From the NCBI RefSeq assembly GCF_016432865.1, contig NC_067400.1, positions 611,878,001 through 611,942,000 of the forward strand: a stretch of 64,000 bases of DNA, read 5' to 3'. Origin of the DNA: Antechinus flavipes. Its lineage: Eukaryota. The position numbers were made by a program, and so were the translations under genes. Within the stretch, counting starts at the first letter, position 1. The number at the start of each line of letters is the position of its first letter. This document shows, piece after piece, positions 38,401 to 50,400 of the stretch. The notes beneath the pieces are model-generated. The model had not been told where the DNA came from. It made no database searches and saw only the letters and a program-made list of their open reading frames with translations.

Positions 38401-41400
38401 CATCACCATGTATAAAATACATTCTGTGCTCAACGGTAGCTAGGTACAGCGAGTGGATAAACTGCAGGATCCTGCAGTGCAGGATAAATCTACCCTCGGA
38501 CACTTACTAGCTACGTGACCCTCTTTGCCTCAGTTTCCTCAGTTGTAAAGTGAGGATAACAACAGGACCTATGTCTCAGGATTGTAATAAAGATCAAATG
38601 AGATAATATTGACAAAGCACTTAGCACAGTGCAGGGCACATAGTAGGTGTCTAAGAAATACTATTACATAATAATAAAATAAAAAAATCTGTGTATATAT
38701 CTATGTATGTCTATTGTTGTTATTATATAAATGCTTGTTTTCTTCCTGTAATCACATCATATAAACTGAGAATGGAGGGAGGGGGGAATCATAATCTGCC
38801 TTTCCTTATGCTTTAAGGGCTTGGAATATTTTCCTCCTTACCTTTGATTTTAAGATCCCCCGGTTCCTCCAAGACTCAAATGTCAACATTTCTGACAAAC
38901 ATCCTGCCCCCTTCCTAGTTGTTAATCACTCCCCTCCCCACCAACAAATCATCTGCTATTTCTTGAGTATCTACTCATATATGTACATATTGCCCTCCTC
39001 GTTGGGAAGTAAAGTCTTTGAAGCACAGGGCTTCGTACATAGCTGTGCTTAGTAAACGCTTGCTGACTGATAGAGGATTTAAGCCCAATTAAAACATTAC
39101 TTCTTCCAGAAACTTTCCTCAGTTTTTCCAGTTGGTTATGACCTCCCACCGGCCCCCATCAATAGGTTTTTAATTTTCTAATACACGTCTCATGTTTTGT
39201 CACATTTATAGCTCCCTCTATTTCTTTTTTTACTCTTTTTTTTGGGGGGGGGAGAAAATGTCAATTGGGGTTAAATGACTTGGGTCACACAGATAAGACG
39301 TGTTAAGTGTCTGAGGTCGGATTTGAACTCAGGTCCTCCTGACTTCAGGGCTGATGCTCTGTCTACCGAGACATCTAGTTGCCCCCAGCTATCTCTATTT
39401 TTGATATTTTCGATGCTTTTACCAAAACTGTAAACTTCTTGAAGGAACGACTGTAGTAGCTAAACCCTCTGCCTCCATTTTTTCACAGAAATACTTAGCA
39501 AATGAGTTGAATTGAGTAGGATCCTCTCCCCCAGCAGCCCCTGCTCACCAGAATGTAACGACCACGGTGGAAGCAGCCACATCGCTCCTGGGATACGCAG
39601 CCAGCCCCATTGTACACGAAGCCGGGGTCACATTCACAGCCCTCGAAGCACTGGGGTAAGCAGCGAGCAGGAGCCAGGAGAGGGACACAGCCAAGGTCAC
39701 ATGTCCGGGCACAGGTGCTGTAGTGACTCCGGGGTGGGCACCTCAGGGCTGAGGGCAGAAGGCAAGGATCAGTGGCACAGAGGCTCCCCGGGTGCCCAAC
39801 AGAACAACGTTCTAATTGCCTTCCCGTCTCTTCCCAGCCCTCTCTACTTCTCAGGAGCCAATCGATCCCTCCCCCTAGCTCTGGTCTCCTGCTCCCCTTC
39901 ACAGTCTTTCCTCAGGGTTGAGCTGCTCGACCATTTCTTCTCAGTTAATCCTTTGCTCTCCCAACTGCAAGGCTGGCTCACCCCTCCCTCCGCCCCCAAT
40001 CTGCCTCCTCTGCTCCGACACGTGAGCTGCTGAACGTGGCAATATGTCAACCTAACGGCAATAACAGAGAAATCGATAGGTTTCCTGGGGCATGTATCCA
40101 AGATCTAAGAGAGTACCTCTCAAGACCTGTCGAAATGGATGAATACTACCGACTGGTGGTGATTCAGGGGGCACAAATCATTCCAGAAGAAACCCAGAAA
40201 GTTCCCTCAAAGTATTTGCCAAAGGGAAAAGCTTGGATTAGAAGGGAAAGACCCTGGGGGTCATGGGTCTAGTTTTAATCACTTCTGGCCACAGAAGACA
40301 AAGATGGAGAAGAGAAAAATTGGAGCTGGAAAGCAAAGTTGGAAGATGGCGCCCAAGAATGGGATTTATGGTTTAAAATATGGAAATAATGTAGTCCTGG
40401 GCAGAGACGGAGGGAATTTGACTTAAAGTCAGAAAGAATGGGTTTGTTTATTGTTCTGTGAGTCTTAAAGTGAAAAAAGGAAGGGAGAGGGGGGAAAACT
40501 GACTATTAATTCACCAAAGTGGATCCCATAGAGTAGCTCGAGTGAAGAAGGAAGAGTGGCAGATGTCCCCAGACGACAAAATCCAAGAAAAGATCATGGA
40601 CCTCAAATGTCTATTGACAAACGCCCAAAGTTTAGTCAACAAGGAAGAGGAACTGGAAGTCCTAACATGAAAAAAGGCAAGTTTGACCTCACAGGTGCCA
40701 CAGAGACGGGAATATCACCTTGGAGTGCGCTGGAGCTTGGAGTGACTTGCAAGAGCCGATTGTTAAATTTTCCATGGCACTGGTTATACCTTGGAAATTA
40801 TCAGTACTTACAAATCGAGCTTGATTTATTTTCTAGACTTAAGAAAGTAATGGAGAATGTGTCAGTGATGCATGTTAAATTTAGAAGCGTGCCATGAGTA
40901 TATTCCCATCCCAAGAAAGCCAGTTGTTAAACACTTATCAGCCCATTTTGCCACACAGGCGAAGGGGGGCGGAAGCGATTCTAAATTAAGGAGGGGGACT
41001 TCTGCATTCCGGTCACACTGGCCTACCAGCTGTTCCACAAACACGGCCTGCGAACGCCTCTCTTTGTGCCCCAGTTCTAGAATGTTCTCCCTCCCTCCCT
41101 TCAGCCTCGGAGGTAATCGGAGGCCCCTGGGCTTCCTCCAAAGCCCAAGCCAAGCCTCTTCTCCTCCCTGATTCTCTCCGGTTGCTATTGTTCTCTCAGA
41201 TAAGTGGATCCGGAGGAGGTGGAATCATTAGAGCCAAAGTAGTCATTAATGACTCATGGCCAACGTGGAGGGACCCTGTGGATCTGCCCTTGGCCCTGAG
41301 CTCTTCCTTTTTAACAGTCACACAGCAGGAATGATCCGTTTGCACCTTGAATTTTCAGATGGCATAAAGCCAGGAGGATGACAAAAGGAAAAAAGTCAGG

Positions 41401-44400
41401 ATACAGAAAAAGGTCTTAACAAGCTGGAAGGATGGGTTGGTCTAAAAAGCTTAAATTTAATAGCAGTAAGGGGAAGAGCTACACTTGAGCTCGAAAATCA
41501 ATTTCCTACCTACTAGATAACCATTTCCTTAAGAAAGATCTGGGGATTTTAGTGGACCACAAGCTCAATATTGATCACAGCAATCCCCAAAGTGGGCGCA
41601 GCCTTTGAATGAGGTAAGGAAGGCAATGTCTCAAATAGAGAAATTTGTTATTCTTGAGACTCTCTTCTTGGTTATTTTTGGCGGTTTTGCCTTTGGAGCC
41701 GCATTCAGTCCCAAGGGTCCCCCTGGAGGAAGATTATTGACAGGATGGAGATTGTCTAGGGAAGGATCACCAGGGTGGCCGAGGGCCCGAGATCAGACCC
41801 CAGGAGGGCCAAGAGGAGGCCCTGGGGATGCTTGGCTGGGAGCAGAGGAGACTCCCTAGGGATAAGAGAAGACATTCAGGGATTTGAACAACCGTTGTGC
41901 AGGATCAGCCCAGAAAGCAGAACGGGAGAGCTGCAAAGGGACACAACATGCGCAGAACAGAGTCTGTGGACCTGAGAAGGACGTGGCTCCCACGCACTCG
42001 AGAGACCTTGAAGGTAAAGTTAGAGCTGGTGGGTTGAGGGCGGGGTTTGAGATGGCTCCGTGTAGTGGGGAGCCCTTCTAGCTTTGGGGATCTGGAAAAT
42101 CCCGATGGGAGGGAGGAAGGTGGGAGCAGGGAAAAGGTAGGGGGCAGCCGAGTGGGATAAAGCACTGGCCCTGAGGGCCCGAGTTCAAATCCGACCTCAG
42201 ACACGGAGCACGTCCTGGCTGTGTGACCCCGGGCAAGTCCCTTAACTCCAACTGCTTCAGCAAAAACAAATAAAAAAGGAAACAGGTAGGAGAGCAGCCA
42301 GAAGCTGGCAGACACCGAGAGCTGCGAGATCTGCCGGATGCCCTGGGAGGGAAGCCGCCCTTTGCTGCTGGAAATCAGAAGAGATTAAAGGTGGAAGCCC
42401 CGGCCTCCACCTGACTCTCGGGGGTAGCCCCCCCTTTGGGGACACTTTTGGTCCAACCAAGGCCAGGCCCCTCCTGGTGTCCCCATCGGGCTGGGAAGCC
42501 ACTCACGGCACAGGCTGGGGCTCCTCCAGGGCCGCACGATGGCCCCGGCCTCCTGGCAGGCCTCCATGTAGGCGGTCAGCGAATCACACAGCCCCGGCCG
42601 GCCCCCGCGGCCCCGGCACATGTCTTGGAGACAGAACCCAAAGAAGGGATCGGGCCGAACCAAGCCGTGGCAGCGGCCGAAGGGCCCGCTTGGCAGCCTG
42701 AGCAGCCCGCAGGCCGAGGGCCCCGAGAAGGCAGCGTCCAGCCCCCGTGGACAGGGCGGGCAGGGCCCGGGGGGAGAGCAGGGGCCGGGCCCAGGCAGGG
42801 CCCAGCTGGTGGCAAAGCCCTCGAGAGAGCCCGCGGGGCCGAAGTCATCCAGGCCGCCGTCCCCGTTGAAGTTCCCGCAGAGCCCGGAGAGGCGGCCCCA
42901 GTACGTGGACGGCACGGTCAGCCGCAGGTGTCGGGCGAAGTCGTAGAAGAGGCGCAGGCCGCAGGCCGCCTGGACGGCCACTACTCGGCCCTCGCGGGTG
43001 GCCCACAGCCGCCCTCCAGACAGGACCAGGGGCAGCCGGCAGCGCTCTCCATCCACCTGGGGAGACACCGGAGGACGAAGCTGACGGCCAGCCGGGAGCG
43101 CTCCCAGCTGCGAGCCGGGGCCCGAGGGCCCGGGACCCACAAAGCGTCCGGTCCCTTGCAGGGACAGTCCCTGCTTAGTCCCTCCGGAGGTATTAAGCAC
43201 GAGCACAGAAGAGAAAACTGAGGCAGGGGTCTGTCCAAGGCTCGTAGCTGTTTGGAAGGAGGATTTGAACTCCGACCCTCTAGGTCCAAGCCGGCAGTCC
43301 CAGTGACTTGCCCATGGTGGGCAAATTCACGAAAGCTCCTTGAGTTGGGAATAATTAGTTGGACGTCGCCCCGGCTCCTCCCAACTTTTCCTGCTGAGCC
43401 CCAGGAGCTCACCTTTCCCCCTTTCCGCCTCAGCCCTCCCCCAGGCCGCGGGGAGGGAGAACCCTCGGCCTCCGCTCCTTCCCAGGACCCGCTGTGCAAA
43501 CTGCTGGGCCGGCACCGCCCGGGGACCAGAGTCTGGGCCCCAGTGTCCACGTCCCAAGGACCCGGGCGCCGGCTCTCACCCTGATAAAGCCGGGGACGCG
43601 ACGGTCCAGGAGCAGCCGATGCCCGTAAAGGCGAAGATGGATTTGTCGGGGACCGGCCTCGTCCTCCTCCACCTGCAGGCCAAAGGGCTCGGGGCCAGGC
43701 CCGGAAGCCTGGGCGAGCACATAGCCACAGCGTCCAGCCAGGCCTCCGAGGGCACGGCCGTCAAAGGTCAGGCCGTGGGCCGGCCCTGCCAAAAAGCAGC
43801 TGGCGCGGCTCTCGGGGAAGCAGCCTCGCACGCCGCCCCGGACGGCGCAGGCCTCGTGGGGGCGGCAGCGGCCTGGCCCGCAGGACACGGCCCCCCCCGG
43901 CCCGCAGCGGCACCGCCTCTCGCAGCCGGGGCCCGGGTACCACGTGGCCCCCAGCGCCCGGTAGCGGCCCGCGCGGAGGCAGCCGCAGCGGCCCCTGGGC
44001 ACACAGGCCGCCCCGCTCAGCACGAAGCCCGCGTCGCACACGCAGCCCTCGCGGCACCCGCTGCCCGCCTTGCAGCCCTCGGGCCCCGTCGGGGCCCCGC
44101 ATGTCACCGGGCAGTGTGGTCCACAGAGCTCGTAATGGGAATGGGCCGGGCACCGAAGGGCTGGGGGGCGGGAGGGGGAGGGAGGGNNNNNNNNNNNNNN
44201 NNNNNNNNNNNNNNNNNNNNNNNNNNNNNNNNNNNNNNNNNNNNNNNNNNNNNNNNNNNNNNNNNNNNNNNNNNNNNNNNNNNNNNNNNNNNNNNNNNNN
44301 NNNNNNNNNNNNNNNNNNNNNAGAGAGAGACACAGAGACACAGAGAGAGAAATAGAGACAGAGAGATAGACACACAGAGAGATAGACAGAGACAGAGACA

Positions 44401-47400
44401 GAGACACAGAGGGAGAAACAGAGAGACAGACAGATAGAGGAGCAGACAGGAGAAAGCATGGAAGATCAAATACAGAGAAACAGTCAAGGGAAAACGGAAG
44501 GTGGAGACAGAGAAGACAGGAGAGAAACATGGACATGGGAACAGTATCAAGGAAAGAAAGAGAAATATTCCAGTTAATCCCGTCTCAAGCAGTCAGCAGC
44601 TCTAAGGCTTCGGCAGGCCCCTCCCTGCTCCCCCTGCCCCGAGCCCGAGGGAGCCGGCTGTCCATCCTCTCCCCGCCAAGGAGTCGGGGGCTGGCTCCCT
44701 ACACCCTCCCCCCGGGGACCCCGCAGCTGGCCCGGTCACTCACGGCACAAACCGGGCGTCCTCCAGGGCCTGAGCTGGACCCCCCGAGCCTGACAGGCCG
44801 CCACGTAGGCCGCCAGCGCTCGGCAGAGAGCCCGGCGGCAGCCTCGGTGCTGACACACCTCCTCCACGCAGTCCTCCGTGAAAGGCGCGGGATCCAGGGT
44901 CCGGTGGCAGGGGCCCAGGGGCCCGGCCGAGGCCCCCAGCAGTCCGCAGTAGCCCAGCCCTCGGTAGCGGCCACGCCGGGCGGCCGGGCAGGCCGGCGGG
45001 CAGCGCGGCCCGCAGGACGGGCCGCAGCCGGGGACCTCGGCCACCTTCCAGGAGTGGGCCAGGCCCGAGAGGTGCGAGGTGGGTGTTCCTCCGGCCACAG
45101 CCCCACAGAGTCCGCACAGGCTCCCAGCCAGGGCCCGGGGGACCGAGAGCCGGACCAGACTGTCCCAGTCGTAGGTGAGAGACAGGCCCGAGGCCGTGTC
45201 CAGGCACAGCTGGCCCCCGCAGGAATAGGCCCGGAGACAGCGTCCGCGGAAGAAGGGCAGGGACTCAAGGACCCCGTCTACCTGTGGGGAGGGAGGACCC
45301 GGGCAGCTGGTTATTCGCCCAGGCCAGAGGACACGCGGCTAGTTATTCCAGGCCCGGGCTCGTACCTCGTCATCCCTGCAGGGGGGGCGGCCCAAGGACC
45401 CCGGCCCAGAGCTCGGGGCTCCCCCTTCCCCAGGGTCGGAAGCCCTTTTTCCTTTGGGAAAGCCCTTTCCTTGACGAGTCCCTGCATCGAGGGCACCGCT
45501 CTGGGAGCACGCCAACCTCACCCCGTTCCCTCGGTCATTCAGCGAGCAATTATTAAGGCCTCTCACATGCCGGCCTAGAATCTGAGGTACCAAGGCCGTA
45601 ATATAACGGTCCTCGGTCCGGAGAACTTGCATTCTATTGGGAGGAAAGTGTCCATCCAGGGAAGTCCACGCAAAGTGATTTGGGAAGACACAGGGGGCCC
45701 GGGAGGGATTTGGAGGCGCTGGCAGCCGAGCCTCGGAGGAGCTGGGGGTCCCAAGATTGGGAGGGGAGGGGAGGGCCCTCCGGGCCTGGGATACAGCTTT
45801 TGCAAAGGCTGGAGGGAAGATCCCAGAGGAGGGAGATGGAAAACGTGGGAAACCAGGCCGGAGCCCAGGGGAAAGGGGATGGGAAATGCAAATGCTCGCC
45901 AGACTTTGTTCCCCCATCTCCCCTTCCAAACGCCTCTTTGGGGACGGAGGGGAAACTGTGAGAAGACGAGCGAGGGCAAGGATGAATGGCAAGGAGTGAA
46001 GGGCCAGCGAGAGATCAGAGGGTCAGGGTGGTCCCAGTGAGGAATCGTGGGGGAGGGGGCTGGCCTCACCCGGAGAAGGCCGGGGTCTCCCGGGCTCATG
46101 TCCAGCCGGAGGCCACAGGCCCGCAGGGTCAGGGCCTTGGAGGAACCAAGAGGCTGGATCTGGGTGACCATGTCCAAGTAGAAGGGGCCGCCGTTCGCCC
46201 TCGCACCGCAGGGGCCGGCCAGCCGGTACACGCAAGAACCCGGGAAGCTGTATCGGGCTCCCCCAAAGGTGTGGAAGCGGAAGTTGCCGGATGCGGTGCA
46301 GGTGACGCGCCGGGGCCCGGCGCCCAGATGGGTCGGCCGGCAGCGGTGTCCCCCCCCGGAGGCCTCTTCGCAGCGGCCCTGGCACCGGGCGGGCCAGCAC
46401 TGGGGGCCCGCACTCCCAGGGTGCCCGGCGGGGGGGCAGCGACAGCGCCGGGCACAGCCCTCTGCCCAGAAGGCCCTGCCCGGCCTCCGGAGGCAGCCAC
46501 ACTGCTCGCGGGGCACGCAGCGTCCGGCCAGGAGCAGTCGGCCCGGCACGCACTGGCACGAGGGGGCACAGGGCTGGCCACAGCGAGCCGGGGCGGCTGG
46601 GTCGGCGCACGTGGCTGGGCAGGCTGGGCCACAGGGCACATAGCGGGAGTGGGGGGGACAGGCAGGGTCGGCGCCCGGGGCCAGTGTTGGGGTCGGCGAG
46701 CCTGGGGGCACCCGCGGGTGAGCTGTTGGGGGGGGAGAAGGGGGAGTCAGGGACCCTGAGCTGCAGCCCCAGCCCCCATTTCCCTGGGGACCTAGTTTGC
46801 TGCACCTCGTGCTTCCCTACCTTCAGGGGTCCCAGGCAGCCAAATAATTAGCTAGTTAATCAACCAACCAGATAATTGTGGAACATTTATTAAGGGCTTA
46901 GCGCAGACGCAGGGCTGGGTGCCGGGTTACGACTGTGAAGAATGGAAGGCTCCCTGCCCTGAGGTCACGCTCTGAGGGGGGCCGGCAGCTTCCTGCTGAA
47001 CGTTGGGGGTCCGCTCTTTCTGGCCAGCACTGCGCCTCCAGGCCCCAGCACAGACCCTGGGAGCCCCCCAAGGGAAGGGCCGCCGGGGTCACCTGGGCCA
47101 GCGCAGCGGAGGATCCCGTTGATGATGCTGCAGGGGAGCCCCACGGGGCAGCGGTGGGGGACACAGGAGACCCCCTCCCCGGGCTGGCAGGAGCAGGCGG
47201 AGGTGCACTGGTCAGTGAGGATCGTCTGGCCGGGCTGGAGGAGGGCGAGAACCAGAGCGGGGTGAGAGCCGGAGGCAGAGGCCGAGCCCGGGGGGAGCGG
47301 GGAGGGCCGGGCCGGGCGCTCACCGAGAAGTAGAGGCCCCGGTGGAAGCAGGGGCAGTTCTTCAGGGGGACGCAGGTCCCGGCTGCCGGGAAGTAGCCCG

Positions 47401-50400
47401 GGTCACACTGGCAGCCCTCGGCGCACTGGCCCGGGGTCTGGACGAGGGCTTGGAGGCCTGGGCAGGCAGCCGGGAAGGGGTCTGCACACAGGCTGTAGTG
47501 ACTGTGCTTGGGACAGTGCATGGCTGTGGGCACGGAGGTGGGAAGTCAGCTGCCAAAGAGTCCCGGGCTCCAGGGTCTCCCCCCCGGCCGGGGAGTCTCC
47601 CCTGGGTCTCCAGCCTCTCTGTCTGGGCCCCGACTCTGTCCTGGGTCCTGAACAGCCCGGCTCCAGCTCCTCTGGACTCCCAGCACCAGCCCTTCCACCC
47701 CACCCCAAAGGGCCAGCCCAGCCCCCAGCCCTGGTTCCCCCCGGCCCCCAGCCCTTGCTGCCGCTGCCCCCAAACTCACCGCAAAGCTTCGAGCTCCTCC
47801 AGGGCAGCACCTGGGCCCCTGCCTCCTGGCAGGCGGCCACGTAGCTCCTGAGACCGCTGCACAGGACACCGTGGCTCCCCCCGCCCCGGAGGACATCGGC
47901 CAGGCAGCTTTGGAAAAAGGGTTCTGGGGGCAAAGCCCCGTGGCAGGGGGCAAACGGGCCCTCGGCGGCCAGCAGGATCCCGCAGGAGTCGGGCCCCCGG
48001 AACGGGGCGCTGGCGGCCTCCCCCATGGAGGGGCAGCCGGGACCGGGGCAGGGCTGGGGCAGAGGGCAGGGCCGGAAGCCGAGGTCTGGGCCCAAGGACG
48101 CGAGGTCGTCTGCCCCGTCGCCGTTGTAATTCCCACACAGCCCCAGCGTGTGGCCCTGGTAAGCAGCAGGCAGAGCCAGGTTGAGGTGCGGGCCCTGGCT
48201 CAGGACCAGGCGGGGCCCTTCCTGGATCACGAGCACCATTGAGGACCCCTGCGTGAAGGCTCGGACGCCCCCGCCAGGCAGTTCAAAGGGGAGACAGCAT
48301 CGTACTCCATCCACCTGCGGTTAGGAAAGAGATGGGGTGGGAGAGACTCCCTGAAACTGGGGAACACTCCGGGGGCTGCACTAGGTCCGGGAGGAGAGGA
48401 AGGAGAAAAGGCGAGGAGGGAGGTGAGGGAAGGGAGTCGGGAGGAGGAGGAAGCACCGATGACAAATGGATGCACCTGAGACTGAGACACGTAGGAATGA
48501 TCCCCAGAGATCCAGCTGGAGAAAGAGGCTGGGGCCCCCAGAGACCTCAGGCCCTCCCTGGGATGCTCACCCGCTTCATCCCTGGCAGCCTCAGAGCCCT
48601 TGGTCCTGCCCTCTCTCCAGCCCCCAAGGCCCTCGGGCTGCCGGGGATGGCCCACTCACCATCACGTAGCCCCAGTCCCCGCGATCGAGAACAAAGTGGC
48701 ATCCGGCCGCAGCGAGGGTCACGCGGTTGACGTCAGCCCCGTAGGGCCCGTTATCCACCAGCACTGAGAAGGGCGGGAGGCTCGCTGGGCAGCTGGGGGC
48801 TGTGCTGGCCAGGGGGTAGGAGCAGTGCCCACCGAGTCGGAAGATGGTGCCATCAAAGGTCCGGCAATGAGAGCCGCCAGAGATCAGGCAGAGCCCCGGG
48901 CTGGAGCCTGCAGGGCCAGGGGCAGCCTCGGGGGCCTTACAGGGGCAGAATATACGGCCTCCAGCCTGGCAGATGCAGGGGCTTCTGCACGATTCCCCCC
49001 AAACCCCCGGGAGCTGGAGGCCCGGCTCGTAGTAGTGGCCAGAGAGGAGGCAGCCACACTGGTGCAGGGGCACGCAGGCTGCCCTGCTCAGCACAAAGCC
49101 GGGGTCACACACACATCCCTCTCGACACGGTCCGGCCTGGCAGCCTGCGGGCCCCGAGAGGCTCCCGCAGGTGACTGGGCAAGCTGGCCCACACAGCTCA
49201 TAGTGGGAGTGAGCCGGGCATGGCGGGTCTGTGGGGAGGAAGGCCGAGTGAGTGAGCGCTATCTGGGCATCCCCCCTTCCCTCTGAAGTCAGGTGCCCAC
49301 TGAAGTGGGTCCTGGGGGGATGGGGGCCTAGATGTTTGATCTAAAGGTCAGTTCCCCGAGTCACTGAGGAGACAAAGACAAGGGGCCCAAGTCCCTTGGG
49401 GCTGAGGGCCCAGCTGCCAGGCTCTGCACTCACGGCAAAAGTCTGAGGTCCTCCATGGGTAGATGAGGATCCCCTCCTCCTGGCATGCAGCAGCATAGTC
49501 CGCGATGATGGGGCAGGCGCCTCTCCCGGGGATGAGGCAGGCATCCCGGACGCAGGCTTCAAAGTAGCCCTGGGGGAGCAGCTTCTGATGGCACAGCCGG
49601 AAGGGTCCGTCGCGTGCTATGAGACTGTGACAGCCTCCAATGGCCCCCTGGCACTGGCCAATGGTGTGCTTCCAATTGTCATCGATCTCTTCTCTGCAGT
49701 CCTGGACAGTTCCCATGCGGCAGCTGTAGACCAGGGCCAGGGTACCAGACAGGTCAGAGGCCAGGGGGTATCCCAGCATGGGAAGCAGGTCGTTGGTCGG
49801 GTCTCCGTCATAATTCGCACAGAGACCGACCACTTGTCCTGCGTAGCTCTTGGGCAGGGCCAGCACCAGGTGGCTGCCCCCATCGAAGGCCACTTCCAGG
49901 CCAAAGGAACAGCTCACGACGGTGTTCCACCCCCTGCGGAAAACCAGGACGCGGGTGCCCAGCTGGCAGGGAAGGTTCCTCCACGCCCCATTCACCTGCA
50001 CATGTAGGGACAAAGGTCATGTCAGGGAAGACAAGGAGAGAGACCCAGGAAACTATGGTGGGGTGGAGATAGAGAAGGAATCTAGGGAAAGACAGAGAAC
50101 AGGCGAGGGAGACAGAGACAGCAAAACACTTGGAGACAGCAAAAGACAGAGCCATAGAGTGGGGGGGGAGGGGGGGAGATAGTGAGAGGCATAGAGATAA
50201 GGGGGGAGAGAGGCAAGAGGAGAAGGAAAAAGCCATACAGAGAGATGGGGAGACCCAAGGAGAGTGTGGGAGACACTTGGAAAGAGAGAGACACAGGAGA
50301 GAAAGAAAGGAGACAGNNNNNNNNNNNNNNNNNNNNNNNNNNNNNNNNNNNNNNNNNNNNNNNNNNNNNNNNNNNNNNNNNNNNNNNNNNNNNNNNNNNN

